Shown here piece by piece: positions 14,334 to 28,414 of a stretch of DNA of 64,000 bases (position 1 is the first letter of the stretch; each line of letters opens with the position of its first letter). The position numbers and the translations under genes are program-made. The DNA is from Octopus sinensis (lineage: Eukaryota), in the NCBI RefSeq assembly GCF_006345805.1, contig NC_042998.1, forward strand, positions 77,810,001 through 77,874,000, read 5' to 3'. The notes under the pieces were generated by a model. The model was not told where the DNA came from. It saw only the letters and a program-made list of their open reading frames with translations, and ran no database searches.

Positions 14334-14375
<42 letters not shown>
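14140..14375. repeat. compound microsatellite (CTAT)n-(CTGT)n-(TG)n
   Basis: Read directly from the sequence. Confidence 0.95.
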
Positions 14376-14954
14376 CTGTTTTATATTTGAACTGAGAAGA
14401 AACTACTTTTTCGGTCAGTAAACTGTTGTACATTTAAACCGATATATTTTGAATTTGTATTATCTTTCTTTCGTTACACCATTTGATGCTCGTTTATCTA
14501 AACGAGCATCGTACCGTCCGGCTTACATACCTGGTGTACTGTAAAAGCTAATACATATGATTTAAAAGCACGTCAGCACATAACTCACTGTCATTATTTC
14601 TTTGATAGTATTCTTAATACAACATAGAGTTTAGGGGAGATTATTTGCACCATCATTTCTATGGAACAAGACATTAATATTTGTATATACTTCCAGCTTC
14701 TGTCTTCTTTCGAGTCTTATTTATAATTTTCTTAATCTATTTACAATTTTAGCAACGTGCTTTTATCACAAAGCTTTACGTTGTTTCTAAATTTTTCACT
14801 CATCGGCGCAAATTTATCTTTTCGTATCTGTCGCTTTCAGATGTTCCTCACTTTCTAGCCCTTTCAGTGTTACATTGCACTCCAATTTTTCTCTCTCTCT
14901 CCCCACTCTCTCTAACTCTCATTCTCACCAACTCATTTCTTTCTCACTCTCCTC

Positions 14955-14988
<34 letters not shown>

Positions 14989-16105
14989 GTGTGTGTGTGT
15001 ATATATATACACACACATAAATACATATATAATTAAACATATATAATTATAAATATATATATATATATATATACATACTCAAGCACACACGCACACAGAC
15101 GCATGCACACACCCACCCGCAAACACACACACACTCGCACGCACACACACATATATGTATATATGCATTACATCTTTTTTAACTTTCATTACCTCAACTC
15201 TCCTTTTACTGACTTATCTGATAAACACATACACAAATCGATGTGCATCAGTGTGTGTGTGTTTATGTTTGTGTGTGCTCTCGTGTGTTTGTGGATGTAT
15301 GCCTTGTCAGTGAGTATACATATATTAAATATAAATACACACATATATATATATAACAGCGCACACACATTTTTACTTATATACGAAGATATACATGTTT
15401 TTTTTTATTTATAGAAGTATTTGTGCATGTGTTCATTTAGTGTGCGCATGCATGTGCGTATGTGCATGTGTATATGTGTATGAGTATGTGTATGTGCTAG
15501 TGCGCATGTAAGGTACATCGTGAGAGTAACCGCCGTTTGGTGGCGTGCAACATTTCTCGTTATCTTTCCTATTTATCTGACGGATATAATTAATGAACGA
15601 GCTCCACATATATCAATTTAGCATTTGCTGTCGTTAATTTTGACACTGCTTCCTTCTCTCCTTCCTTCCTTCCTTCCTTCCTTCCTTCTTTCCTTCCTTC
15701 CTTCTTTCCTTCCTTCCTGCCTTTATTCAATTCTTTGTTTATTTGTTTTTGGTTTTGCACTCCAAGATACGAACAACATTAGATGTGAAGATTTAAATAT
15801 AGAATTTCGGCCAAATTAAGTCATACAGACGACGTATTTTTCGTTATTTTCATTAGACTGAATACAACCAGAGTACTCAGGGATAGAAAGAGATGTACTT
15901 GCATAGCAAGTGACCTGATCTGAGATCAAATTGTGTGCTGAAAGAAGAACAATTGCAGCGTGGAATGTGTTTATAAGCCATTTAAAAACACACTAACATC
16001 GTTAGATTCACTTCAACATTAAAATTTAATTTGCCAAGATATTTCCGTCGCTTAGAGACCGCGACCCGATCACTGACAAAGTTCTGTGCTGCATCTCTGT
16101 TATTG

Positions 16106-16163
<58 letters not shown>

Positions 16164-16164
16164 T

Positions 16165-16460
16165 TAAGGATAAGATCGTTAATTAATATATAAAATAACG
16201 ATTTTATCAAGTGGTCAGCATGGAAAAAATAACATTCAAAGGTAATAATTATTAAGATTATAAATTAAGAAATACCACCATGCTGAAAATAGCAGCCATG
16301 ATCTGATGATCTGACTTTAAAACCACTTAAATTGTCCATATATCAGCACGGAGAGAAAACAAAGCGACAAGATAAAACTAGTAAAACATTTCTGGATAAT
16401 TCTAGATTCGGATTTCTGACTCGTCAGTAGAATACATACAGAAGATAAACATAAATACAT
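16165..16460 (-). mobile_element. family P1 pseudo-LTR element with collapsed hammerhead
   Basis: Homologous to 26490-26800 in the opposite orientation. (TA)n on both sides. Confidence 0.65.
16399..16433 (-). ncRNA. degenerate hammerhead (helix II essentially absent)
   Basis: AUUCUA-CUGACGA-GUCA-GAAA-UCCGA-AUC-UAGAAU. Core and 6-bp helix I are intact, and the position matches the HHR at 26511. Confidence 0.6.
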
Positions 16461-16525
16461 ATATATATATATAATTAATGAAAATATAGGCGCAGGGGTG
16501 GCTGTGTGGTAAGAAGCTTGCTTAC

Positions 16526-18561
16526 CCGCACATGCATGTTGGTGTTTCTTACTTCAACACTTGAACAAGGAGGACATGAGCTAGTACGCCCCGTCCTAAA
16601 ACTGAAAATTAAGAAGTCCGTCGAGGTAGGGTGATTTTGTTTGCTTTGAGCTGGGCGTGATTTATTGTTTTGGAATTTTTTCAGTAAATTTCGCCCAGCT
16701 CTGGGACAAGTTCGCCTGCTCTTGGCGGCTATTGTGATTTTTGCTTGTTGAAAAAATGTTGGGGGCGTATCTCCGCCCAAAAATTGAAGTTTGTTCCAGT
16801 CACTGAAAATTTTTGTGGCCCATTGTGGGGAAGATTCGTCTTCTGTGGATTTAAGATTCCAGCTCGGTGTGCCAGCCAAAGAAGAAGGCCAGGAGTACCT
16901 GTGGCCGGAATTGTGTAGTTGCCATTTGGAACCATATTTTTATTTCTTCCGTGTTTTTTCTTGTTTTTTGAACTGTCCTTTTTGTTTTCTTTTGTCTTAT
17001 TTTTTTACTGTCTATTTTTTTCGCTCGAACTTTTTTTCTTTTTTTAGTGTATTTCTATTTTTGTGGACACTTGAACTGTCGCTGCTTTGGTGTGGGAGAT
17101 TGTCCCACCGAAGCAGTGGCTAAAAGATATGGAGGAGAGGACAGTGGTGTTCAGAACTTATTCTAAAGTTTTTGATACCATCACCGTCTTCACAAAACCA
17201 GTTATAGAAAATGAACTGAAAGACTATTTGTCCTCTGTGAAATACATATCCCGCAGTGTCAAGCAAGCAACCGTATGGTTGCTGTTTGACACCCTGGAGA
17301 AGGCTCGCAATTTCGCGAGTCAGCCCTTGGAGGGTAACGAAATTCTGTTCCTCTCATCGTACTGCGGGAGGAAATTAATAAGACCTGGGTATGTGGGTTA
17401 CCTTCGGATTGGATTGAAAATACCATCCGACGGGGACTAGGCGATAGCGGGACCAGGCTCTTAAATGTAAGGGTATTGCCGGCGGTCGATTGGGAAGGGT
17501 CAAAAGCGATCTTGACCCCGTGGACCCCATCGGCCGCAACATATATGGTTTTTTTCCAGATTTTTTTTAAATGGCTGGCTGCAGGTAACCGGTGATACTC
17601 GAGGGACGTCCCCCCCAAGTGTCACTTGTGCCTGCAGCCAGTCCACATTACAATGAACTGCCCCAGGACCATGGTAAGGTCCTGGAACAGTCACTGGATG
17701 TCCCCTCCCTTACCCGGTCAAAGGGAGAGGTGGATGTGGTTGAGGACCCAATAAGGATTAAAAAGGAAGAAGGTGGGCAACAATGATTGCCCGCCGAAGA
17801 ACCTTAAGGCCGTGGGAGGTGGGGGAGAGACTCCGGACAAGGCGGAAGAGATCCACTCTCCCGAAATCAGGAAGAAAAAAATAAAAGAAAGAAGTTGTGC
17901 CACTCACCCACGGTGGAAGAAATGACCCCCACCCTTAAAGATGATGAATTAATTATCTTTTTCTACCAGGGCGGGGAGGTGGAAAAAATAGTAGAACATA
18001 AAGAGACAGTAGATATGCCCTTCACACCGGATCCCGAATGGCCTCCGCAAATAGCTGTAGAGGTCATAAGATCTCCCTTAAAGGATTTGGGGAGGCTTAA
18101 AGGATTTGGGGAGGAATGTCGCATATGGCCGGGTGGCCCTCACACGACTTACATGTCCTACATGAGTGAGGCATGGGAAATGGCGGGAGACAGGAACTCA
18201 AGCAGCACTTAATATAATGATGGATATATTGATCGATATATCGTTGAGTAGGAGGTGAAAAATCCTCGTTAGAAGTTTTGAAACCTCATTTTATTGCATT
18301 TTATTTGTAGTGGTTTATAAGCTGAATTGTGTGTTTATAAAAATACATATTAAGTAAGAGGTTTTAGTGCCTCCTTCTTGTATGAGGTTTGAAACATCAT
18401 ATTGATTTTTAAAAAAAGAAAATATGCTTTCGAGAAAAATCCAATCGGCAGGTGTGATGTTACGTCTCTCATTTATTCATTCTATTTCATTTTCATTCAT
18501 TAATGTGTTTGTTCAGCCCTCAAACCTACCCAATCTTTGTACTGTCTTCATGAATGAAATA
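16526..18561 (+). mobile_element. ORF1-only (HAL1-like) non-LTR retroposon, L1/Tx1-type, decayed
   Basis: Imperfect 15-bp TSD AAGAAGCTTGCTTAC (16511-25) / AAGTAGCTTGCTTGC (18562-76), terminal AATAAA, broken ORF1-like reading with a zinc knuckle, and no RT or endonuclease motif seen. Confidence 0.65.
17129..18212 (+). pseudogene. frameshifted gag-like ORF1 with CX2CX4HX4C knuckle
   Basis: MEERTVVFRTY…VWLLFDTLEKARNF (RRM-like, inferred). 17620-17661 translates CHLCLQPVHITMNC, preceded by VILEGRPP across a frameshift in a C run. Confidence 0.7.
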
Positions 18562-20484
18562 AAGTAGCTTGCTTGCTAACCACATGGTTCAGGGTTCAGT
18601 CCCACTGCGTGGCACCTCGGGCAAGTGTCTTCTACTATATATTCGGGCCGACCAAAGCCTTGTGAGTTGATTTGGTAGATGGAAACTGAAAGAAGCCCGT
18701 CGTATATATGCATAAATATATGTATGAGTGTATATATGTCTGTATGTCTGTCTTTGTCCCGCAACATCGCTTGATAACCGATGCTAGTGTGTTTACGTTC
18801 CCGTAACTTAGCAGTTCGGCAAAAGACACCGATAGAATAAGTACTAGGCTTACAAAGAATAAGTCTTGGAATCGAATATCTCGACTAATGGCGGTGCCCC
18901 AGCATGGCCGCAGTCAAATGGCTGAAACAAGTAAAAAAATATCTTCAGTTATACGCACTGATACAGCGTCGACTGGGGTGAATTGCAGGCTCCCTTTCTC
19001 TTCCGCCACCCCTCGGGCACCTTTCCCTTTACATCACGAACTCGAAAACAGTTCGACATATTTCAAGAGGCTTTAGTCGCCTTAATAATTTTGAGTACTT
19101 GTGAACACCTTATACATAGATCAAGCACTTATATCTTATGTAAGAATAATGGTGTGCATAGAAGGCGGTGATTCTTCTCATTTGCAAATCAGTATATTCA
19201 CTGGCAGTCTGTATTAATTACCTAAAATATGAAGTCGGCGCGTGCGTGGATAAATTACGAAAAAGTTTACTTCTGAGCTGTAGAGAAACGAACTTTCAAA
19301 CACGCCGTTAATATATACACGAAATTTTAAGGATTTCTCTGGAGGACAAACGCGAGAACAGCGAGATGAATCTGTGCCTTTTATTTGAAATTTACCGATA
19401 ATGTCAACATGCCTGCATCAGAGACAGATAGAAAGTGGGAGAAAGAGAAGTGGGAGAAGATTAAGTGGGATAGACAGAAACTAAGAGAAAGAGACAGAGA
19501 GAGATTAAGAGGGAAGGAGAGACAGAGAGAGAGAGAGACTAAGAGGGAAGGAGAGACAGACAGAGAGAGTAAGTAATTTGGTGCTATTTGCGAAAAATGC
19601 TACAAGTAACAGTCACTTATTTTATTTGCATTATAAAGTTTCCACTGACTGTGTGTAGTAAATATTGATAATATTAAGACGTAAATAAATGGATGAATTG
19701 TGAGTAAATTACCGTAGGCTCATCGCATAGAATAAATATAATATTTTAGTGAAAATAGTCTGTGATAGAACCATAGGATCCTTTAGACCGGACGATATTG
19801 AAGAAAGCATTTCGAGTATATTTGACTGACTACTGACATCATTACCAAGTGTGTTTGTCCTAAAGAAAAGCAGCAAGTAAATTAGACCTACTTGTGGAGA
19901 ACATGAAATTTAGACACGTAAATTTTGCTTATATCAGTGTATTCAATTGTATGCGTATAAGAAAATATCAAGGTAGCAGGTATTACTAAACTTTAACTTT
20001 CTTCTTATGTATAATAATAACTAAGCATCATGTCTATTGTGTAAATAGATCTTTGGTAACTACACAATGATCTCCTTCTCTCACTCTCTCTATTTCTTTA
20101 TCTCTTTCTCCCTGCCTGCCTCACTCTCATTTAATCACAGCAGAATGTAACTGACAACAGTTTGTCTAGTTTGAACTATTTTAATACCTTTCCCCTTGCG
20201 AAATGCACCTATTTGCGTTCGTCCTATAGTTAAAACAAGTTACTTAGGGCTAGGTATGAAAATGAGGTACATAAGCACTGGTTTTATTCATTTAGATATA
20301 ACTAGATACACTGTCATAGTTTAAATAAGTACATTACTAAAACAGCGGGTTTGCGAAGAAATTATGAATAACTTCACATGTTCCTTCATCTAAAATACAT
20401 ACACATAGACACACACACTTCACCCGAGACATACATATTCATAAATGTATATAAATATGCATATATGTACAAGTAATACACGCA

Positions 20485-20591
<107 letters not shown>

Positions 20592-20630
20592 TGCATGCAT
20601 GTTTGTTTATATATATTTATATATATATAT

Positions 20631-20925
20631 GTAAACAAACGATGGATTATTGTCAGCATATATGAGCTGACAACAATCCATCGTCTGTTATAATTCGTTT
20701 GATTATAATACACCGCTGGGTTTTACGACATGTCACATACCCTGGAGTATACCAACAATGTAAAATGAACGTCATGTATAGTTTGGACTAGCTCCTAGGC
20801 GCTAAATACACACAGGACTGTGCACAACCGGAATATCCTACTTGCTATTCATCAACCATAGGCGGTGACCACAGATTTATCGACTCCTACCTGGCGCTTA
20901 TCTGTTCAATCCCGGATTCTATTAT
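20631..20925 (+). repeat. non-coding repeat (family P3) with terminal hairpin
   Basis: Block-wise homologous to the reverse complement of 51570-51870. Hairpin AACAAACGATGGATTATTGTCAGC / GCTGACAACAATCCATCGTCTGTT at about 20634-20689. Confidence 0.65.
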
Positions 20926-20949
20926 TATTATTATTATGATTATTATTAT

Positions 20950-21460
20950 TGAGTGAGAGAGCAGTGCATGCCATCAAAGTGACACTGGGGTAAAATATAC
21001 GAAGCCTAGTATACCCATCATGACTACCAATTTGATAAGGGTACATCAGGCACATGCATCACAACCATATGTGCGCGACATGGTGATCTCATATCAAGAT
21101 AAACAGCACATGACCTTGCAGGTGGGACCCAGTTAGAATTTTCTTCAGGTTGAGTAACCCATCCTGCTCGAAAGGTCCCTGAATAAGGGTCGTTTAATGA
21201 TGTTGAACGAACCACCCATGTTTCCAAAGATGAATTATTCACCCCCAAAGAATCCCTCTCAACACATGGCTATGATGCTCCCCCACTGCTTCTGCTCGTA
21301 ATCAGAGATGTACATATCGTCAGCCACTAAGGGACATGTTCAACTGGTTACGGTCAAACAACTGACAAGCAAATCTGTGGTATTGAACAGAATATTTGCT
21401 GTAGCCCATCTTTTATACCAAGATAAAACAATGTACATGATAACACTTCCAATCAGTTTA
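20950..21460 (-). mobile_element. ~510-bp non-coding element in a (TAA)n array; truncated second copy at 21566-21908
   Basis: Two tandem homologous copies start GAGTGAGAGAGCAGTGCATGCCATCAAAGTGACAC on the + strand, each bounded by triplet arrays. Strand is inferred from the shared end. Confidence 0.65.
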
Positions 21461-21484
21461 TTATTATTATTATTATTATTATTA

Positions 21485-21533
<49 letters not shown>

Positions 21534-21921
21534 GTTGTTGTTATTGTTGTTATTATTATTATTATTGAGTGAGAGAGCAGTGCATGCCATCAAAGTGACA
21601 CGGGTAAAATAGAAGAAGTCAATATACCCATCATGGCTACCCGTCTGATAAGGGTACACTAGGCACATGCATCACAATCATATGTGATCTCATATCAAGA
21701 TAAACAGCATATGTCCTTGTAGGTGGGTTCCAGTTTGAATTTTGTCAGGTCGAGTAACCCATCCCGCTCAAAAGGTCCTTGAAGAAGGGTTGTTTGAGGA
21801 TGTTGAACGAAACACCCATGTTTCTAGAGGTGAATTATTCAACCCGCAAGTAATCCCTCTTCAGCTCGTCATCAAAGATGCACCTATTGTCAGCCACTAG
21901 GGGACATCATCATCATCATCA

Positions 21922-21978
<57 letters not shown>

Positions 21979-21991
21979 TATTATTATTATT

Positions 21992-22846
21992 ATTCAGTAG
22001 TTTTATTTTTATAGCGTGCTTTCACTTCACTACCGAGCGCAGCTCTGTGTGCCTTGGGTATGTGCTGTGATTTGTTGTGATGCTCTGATGGTTATTGTAT
22101 GGAAAGCGTTCTGCGTAGGATGTGTGCAGTGCCTAGTAGTGCAATTTTCTGTATGTTATATGTGTTTGTAAGTCCTGGTGTTTTTGTTATGTATTTGTCT
22201 GAATATTTTTTTATCATGCCTAATGCACCTACTATGATAGGAATTGTTTCTGTTTTCAGGTTCCACATTCTAGTTACCTCTATTTCCAGGTTTTTGTATT
22301 TTGAGAGTTTCTCCATTTCTTTTAGAGACACGTTGTCATCTGCCGGTATTGATACATCAATTAGAAAGCATTTTTTTCTTCATGATCTCTGACAACTATA
22401 TCTGGTCTGTTGGCCTTAATTTCTCTATCTGTGTGTATCGGCATATCCCAGAGTATGGTTGCTTTCTCGTTTTCTGTGACCTTTTCTGGTGTGTGCCTAT
22501 ACAATCTTTTTTCTGTTGTTATTCCATAATGTTGGCATAGCTTCCAATGTATGTAGGTTCCAACTCTGTCATGTCTGTGAATATATTCCTTCTTAGCCGG
22601 GACTGGGCAGCTAGAGATAATATGATTTATTGTTTCTGTCCATCTCCACATATTCTGCCGTTACTTGTAATATTTCTTTTCATTACATGTTTTTGGTAAT
22701 TTCTGGTGGGGAGGCTTTGGTCTTGTGCTGCAATTAAAAATCCCTCTGTTTCTGCTTTGAGTCCTGAGCTTCTCAACCATTGCTGGGATTTTTCTTTGTC
22801 TATTTCTTTTGCGTTTAGTTTAGTGCAGTATTTACCATGAAGGGGC
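21992..22846 (-). mobile_element. Dong/R4-clade RLE non-LTR retrotransposon, 3' fragment in (TAA)n
   Basis: ETINHIISSC, RHDRVG, NRPDIVVRD, KLSKYKNL, IQKIALLGTAHILRRTL. Near-identical to 29739-30600 and bounded by (TTA)n. Confidence 0.9.
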
Positions 22847-22876
22847 TTATTATTATTACTATTATTATTATTATTA

Positions 22877-22965
<89 letters not shown>

Positions 22966-22966
<1 letters not shown>

Positions 22967-23790
22967 CACCTCTATTTCCAGGTCTTTGTATTTTGAAAGT
23001 TTCTCCATTTCTTTTAGAGACACGTTGTCATCTGCAGGTATTGATACATCAATTAAAAAGCATTTTTGTACTTCATGATCTCTGACAACTATATCTGGTC
23101 TATTGGTCTTAATGTCTCTATCTGTGTGTATTAGCATATCCCAGAGTATGGTTGCTTTCTCGTTTTCTGTGACCTTCTCTGGTGTGTGCCTATACCATCT
23201 TTTATCTGTTGGCTTAGCTTCCAGTGTATGTAGGTCCCAACTCTGTCGTGCATGTGAGTATACTCACATGTATCTTCTATACGTTGTATATATAACCTTT
23301 CTATGTCAGATTTTGGGTGGTGCATCCGAGATCCTGTCATTATTTTGTTTTCCTATCTATTTTGGTTAGTTCATTTAGGGTCCAGTTAAGGATATTGTAG
23401 CTGTAACTTATAACTGGGACGGCTAAAGTGTTAATACCTATTATCTTGTTTTTAGAATTGAGCTCTGTTTTTAGTATTGATCTAACTCGTCTATAGTATT
23501 CTTTCTTTATTTTCTCTTTCATTTGTGTGTGGTGTATCATATCTAGTTCATGGATTCCTAAATATTCGTATGTCTGGGTTAGGTCTAATTCTCTTACTTC
23601 ATTGGCTATATCTAGAGTGATGTTGCTACTCTTATCTAGTTTTCCTCTTTTCAGGGTTACTTTGGCACCTTTTTCTAATCCAAATTTCATATCTATTTCT
23701 TTGGTAAAGCCATGTACTATATGTCGTAGCGTTTCCAGCTGTTTATCATTTGTATCGTATAGTTTTAGGTCACCCATATAAAAAGGTGGC
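22966..23790 (-). mobile_element. Dong/R4 fragment (RT C-terminal half joined to RLE by internal deletions)
   Basis: FLY-MGDLKLY (YMDD box), FGLEK, YEYLGI, AVPVISYS, HHPKSDIERLY, then a direct jump to HDRVG. Confidence 0.85.
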
Positions 23791-23808
23791 TGATTGTTTT
23801 GCCTTATC

Positions 23809-23923
<115 letters not shown>

Positions 23924-23963
23924 TATTTTTTTATTATTATCATTATTATTATTATCATATATA

Positions 23964-23994
<31 letters not shown>

Positions 23995-24693
23995 CATATA
24001 TATAATTCATGCATTGCACTTTGTACCATTGTCCATTGCTATTCATTCTCAATACGTTGTGACTAATTAGAATGCGACTAACTGATCGCTGCTGTTTCCC
24101 GTCATCTTAGACCATGTACTCCATTTAGACGATGTGTGTTCATAAAACATGCTATTCATTCACGTAAAGGAATGCAGCGATGCCATTGTGTTTCAACGTT
24201 ATTAAATAGCTCCTCAGTCAAAGAAATCACGCGACAATGAATCCAGCAATATTACGGACACTTGTTTATAAAATCAGTAAGAAATTATTATTCGGTGATT
24301 ACGCTGATTTCTACAATAATAAGTGATGTTGTCCCCGCAGGATAGCAAGTGTTCAAACAGTAACGTACCTATTTATTTTTAATAATTTCTCAGAGATGAT
24401 TTTATAGCTAATAAACTCTTCCTCTGATATGATGTCTGTGCAAAAATACATGACTCAGCGCTGTAAAGGGACTTTCAGACAGTACAGTGTCTCCATCTTA
24501 TAGAACGTATCCCCTTGCAAAGCTACAACTTACAAGTAAATCTCACAAGAATACAGGCGCTTGTTTATGGAAATCAGTAAGCAAATGTTTTGCTTATGCG
24601 TGCTGATGCCTGCCAAACTGACAATAATTCATTAGATGTACTGAGAATACTCACACACATACATATATATGTATACGCACGCATACACACACA

Positions 24694-24745
<52 letters not shown>

Positions 24746-25319
24746 TTATCACAACCTATCTGTACGCAACTGATCGTATACTGTCAGTTGAACTGGGACT
24801 GTCTTAAAACAGAGTTTATTCACCATTATTAATATTTATCGTTCTGACATAAGTTTCCTGAAAGAAAGGAAGTCAAAGATTTATCGCCTACTTTAGTAAA
24901 AATAACGAGTGTTATTTCTGCGAGTTTGCAAACATTTGTGTGGAATACGTGGAGCCACACAGTAGAATATACTGCTGTTACAGCACGAAGAAATTTTAGT
25001 GTTGGCAGAGTTTTGAGAATCTAATTTTATTTGGCAACAAGGAAACGACCAAATTAGACACAATTAATATTATAAGGAGATTTTTTCTGTTCTTTGGACA
25101 ATTTCAACGAGACAATTTGAAACATAAACAGGTCAACTATACTAAGTATAAAATCTTTCATATCCTTCACCAAAATGTATAATATCCGAAAAAATTGTAA
25201 GACAGATTGCTGAGGGGTACAAACGCCAGCCTAATCGCGGTTGTATACATACATGTATACATACATACGCACACACATACATACATATAAAGAGAGTATA
25301 AAAGCTATAAAAAACCCGC

Positions 25320-25495
25320 TTCAACTGAATACCAACGCAGACACACAAACATAGACGCACGCACACACATATATATACGACGGGCTTTAAGTTTCCGTTT
25401 ACTAAATCCACTCCCAAGGCCTTGGTCGGACCGAGGCTATATTAGAAGGCACTTGCCCAAGGTGCCACACAGTGGAATTGAACCCAGAACCATGC
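25320..25495 (-). mobile_element. SINE family S4 fragment
   Basis: Matches the reverse complement of 18583-18720. Confidence 0.75.
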
Positions 25496-25789
25496 GCCCG
25501 CGTATATATTACATATATATATATATATATATATACATACATATATATATATATACATATGTATATATATATACATATATATACAGGTAGTTTGATAGAT
25601 ATAGATATAGATATAAACATATTTAAGAGGCTAATATATCCTCCAATTAACTTATACATGTATGTGTGTTTGCGTGTTTGTGTGTATAATTAATAAAAAA
25701 AAGGAAGAAAAAACACAAGAAAACAACAATAGTGCGAGGACGTGGTACATGCAAAGTATTAAAAGACGCCCAGGGAAGGAAAGAAAATG

Positions 25790-25826
25790 TGTTTTACGTT
25801 TCGAGTAAACCTCTTCTTCACAAACA
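25790..25826 (-). ncRNA. minimal Penelope-type hammerhead with C3-to-G core mutation
   Basis: UGUUU-gUGAAGA-A-GAG-GUUUA-CUC-GAAA-C-GUA-AAACA. Helix III is reduced to the ACGU palindrome. Lies within a purine-rich repeat at about 25690-25900. Confidence 0.55.
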
Positions 25827-26431
25827 AGAGACGGAGGAATGTCCAAGAAAAAAGGAAGACAAACGAAAAAAGTCGTCCACAATCCACATGTAGTTACATA
25901 TAACCTTGTATAGAAGTTACTAGTTGCTTACATTGTAAAATGTTATTCATAGCACATTGTTTTATAAGTATGTATACTGACGCATTTGAGCAAATCATAG
26001 TTTCTCACACGTACAATTGAGTAATTCTGAGACGAAAACATGAATTTGTCTACAAAACTGTCATTTTGTAAAGAATGACCGATTCCGACTTCATCGTGCT
26101 TTATATGTTTAAGTAAAAAGATTTCATGAAGTGCCTCAACGGTGTTATATTAATTGTAGAATAAATTCCACTCGAGAAAAATAATGTAGAGAAAGAATAT
26201 ATATGCAAATATATTCTCTACTTACCAAATGATTATATACAATACGTAAATACGCCTGTGTGTATGCACCTCTATATTTGTGTGCTAATAATTCGTCACT
26301 ATATTCCCTGCGGTGTTTATTTTGACCATGTCGCGCTTACGAGGTAGTTGGTGGGCAATTTAAATCTGACCTTGTACATACGTGCATATATATGTATGTT
26401 TGGACGTTCGTATAAGTAAGTATAACGTGTG

Positions 26432-26489
<58 letters not shown>

Positions 26490-26800
26490 ATTTATGTGCT
26501 AATGTGGTATATTCAACTGACGAAAGCAGAGCTTATTTGAAGCAATGCTAGAAATCCAGGATTTTGAATTATCCAGTAATATCTTTTTGTTAATTTATTT
26601 TGTCTCTCTGTCTTATCTCATGGTGCGATATGAACATTTTAAGTGGTTTTTAGAGTCAGGGTTTGACTGCTATTTCGGCGTGGTGGTGTCTCTCTGATAC
26701 CTTTATTTATTGTTGTGAAAAATTATTACCATTGTATGGTATTTATTCCCATGCTGACCACTTGATAATATCGATATTTAAATATCTATATTATCCTTAT
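26490..26800 (+). mobile_element. family P1 pseudo-LTR element with hammerhead
   Basis: HHR, long-range stem and terminal hairpin, flanked by (TA)n on both sides. Confidence 0.7.
26511..26569 (+). ncRNA. type I hammerhead ribozyme motif
   Basis: AUUCAA-CUGACGA-aAGCA…UGCUa-GAAA-UCCAGG-AUU-UUGAAU: 6-bp helix I, intact core, first helix II pair mismatched, AUU triplet. Confidence 0.78.
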
Positions 26801-28038
26801 TTATTTATAAATTTATATATATATATGTATGTATATATATATATATATATATATATGCACATATGTATAAGTGTATATGCGTGTTTATTTGCGTGGTAGA
26901 TACAAGTTCCCTCCATCAGTAATTACGTGTGAGTTCCCATGTGTGAGTTCCCCACGTCCGCCTTCAACCGAAGACTGAGACTTAGTGAAAAAGAAGAACT
27001 GTGGGAATAAAAATCTCGCAATTAACAACCACTCTTAGTCACCCATATTTTTCAGAACTTGTGTAGCTATTAGATTGCCCCAGACCCCTAAATTCTCCTT
27101 ATGTGGCTGTTAGCAACATATTAAACGCATCCCTTCTGTAAAAAAATAAATTGCATCCTCAGTAATCTGATCAGAAACTTCATGGAATAATTCGCATCAG
27201 TCAGTCCTCAGTACACTGCCAATCGTTGAAAGTGTTCACATCCTCTGATACAACTTGAGAAGCAGTTTCCCTACATGTAACATTTAAATGAGATCGGATC
27301 GTAAAGTTTTCCAAAGTTTTCTCTATATAAAGCTATGGACTTTCAAGAGGCTTCGAAATTGAACGGGAAAAGCTTGATCTGGTTAATGCATTTTCAAGAT
27401 AATCACGTCATGACAATCACGCTGTCCCAGTGTGCAGACAAATACCCTTTATGTTCTACTTGGAGCGAAACACTCCTCATCATCTCCGATATCCGCAGCA
27501 CTACCTAAAATGCACAATATAGAAGAGCTGTGTTTTGCATGTTACTTTACAATTAATAGAGCAAGATATCCGTCCCATGGATATTCTCCTAGTATAACCG
27601 AATAAAATATCCACTACCACAGCTGCTGAATTCAGTTTTTCCTAAGGTTCCATTTCATCAGATGATAGTAGCGGAAGTCCTTCCAGGTATGCATTGAAGT
27701 TTATTAATTGCCTGCACACAAAGCTAATTACTAACATAAAACAAATACATGATCGTAAGCAATTTCATTACGTTATAGTATCAACACCTGCACGTTCAAT
27801 ATGTTCAGATCGAAAAATATGAATCAGATCGTACCTTTGAAAATATAGAGAACCGTATCTAACTATGTATGTATGTATGTATGTATGTATGTATGTATGT
27901 ATGTATGTATGTATGTATGTATGTATGTATGTATCTATCTATCTATCTATCTATCTCTCTGTCTGTCTGACTGTCTGTCTGTACCTTTTTGTACCTTTTT
28001 GTTTCTCTGTCTTTGTCTCTTTCTGTCTGTCCCTCTAC

Positions 28039-28152
<114 letters not shown>

Positions 28153-28218
28153 GTATGTATATATATATATATCTATGTGTGTGTGTGCGTGTGTATGTAT
28201 GTATATATATATATATAC

Positions 28219-28261
<43 letters not shown>

Positions 28262-28271
28262 ATATATATAC

Positions 28272-28328
28272 ATATTAGAAGAAATGAGGTAATCAGAAGT
28301 CTTCTGATTACCTCATTTCTTCTAATAT
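28272..28328. repeat. 57-bp perfect palindrome between (TA)n tracts
   Basis: ATATTAGAAGAAATGAGGTAATCAGAAG-T-CTTCTGATTACCTCATTTCTTCTAATAT. Confidence 0.9.
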
Positions 28329-28414
28329 ATAATACCTGTACATCATCTCCAAACCTTCCTATACATATATATATATACATATATATGTATATGAGTATAT
28401 ATATATATATGACA

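Larger units (their letters stand above)
16487..18940 (+). mobile_element. tRNA-derived SINE (family S4) split by a 2-kb insertion
   Basis: Head GGCGCAGGGGTGGCTGTGTGGTAAGAAGCTTGCTT at 16489-16523 resumes at about 18577 (AACCACATGGTTCAGGGTTCAGTCCC…). The uninterrupted order is seen in the copy at 52128-52456. Confidence 0.8.

Noticed and set aside
21290-21460. CUGACGA on the minus strand of the TAA-associated element as a hammerhead or HDV-like ribozyme
   Set aside because: No GAAA follows the hairpin, and no complete nested double pseudoknot could be built by eye.
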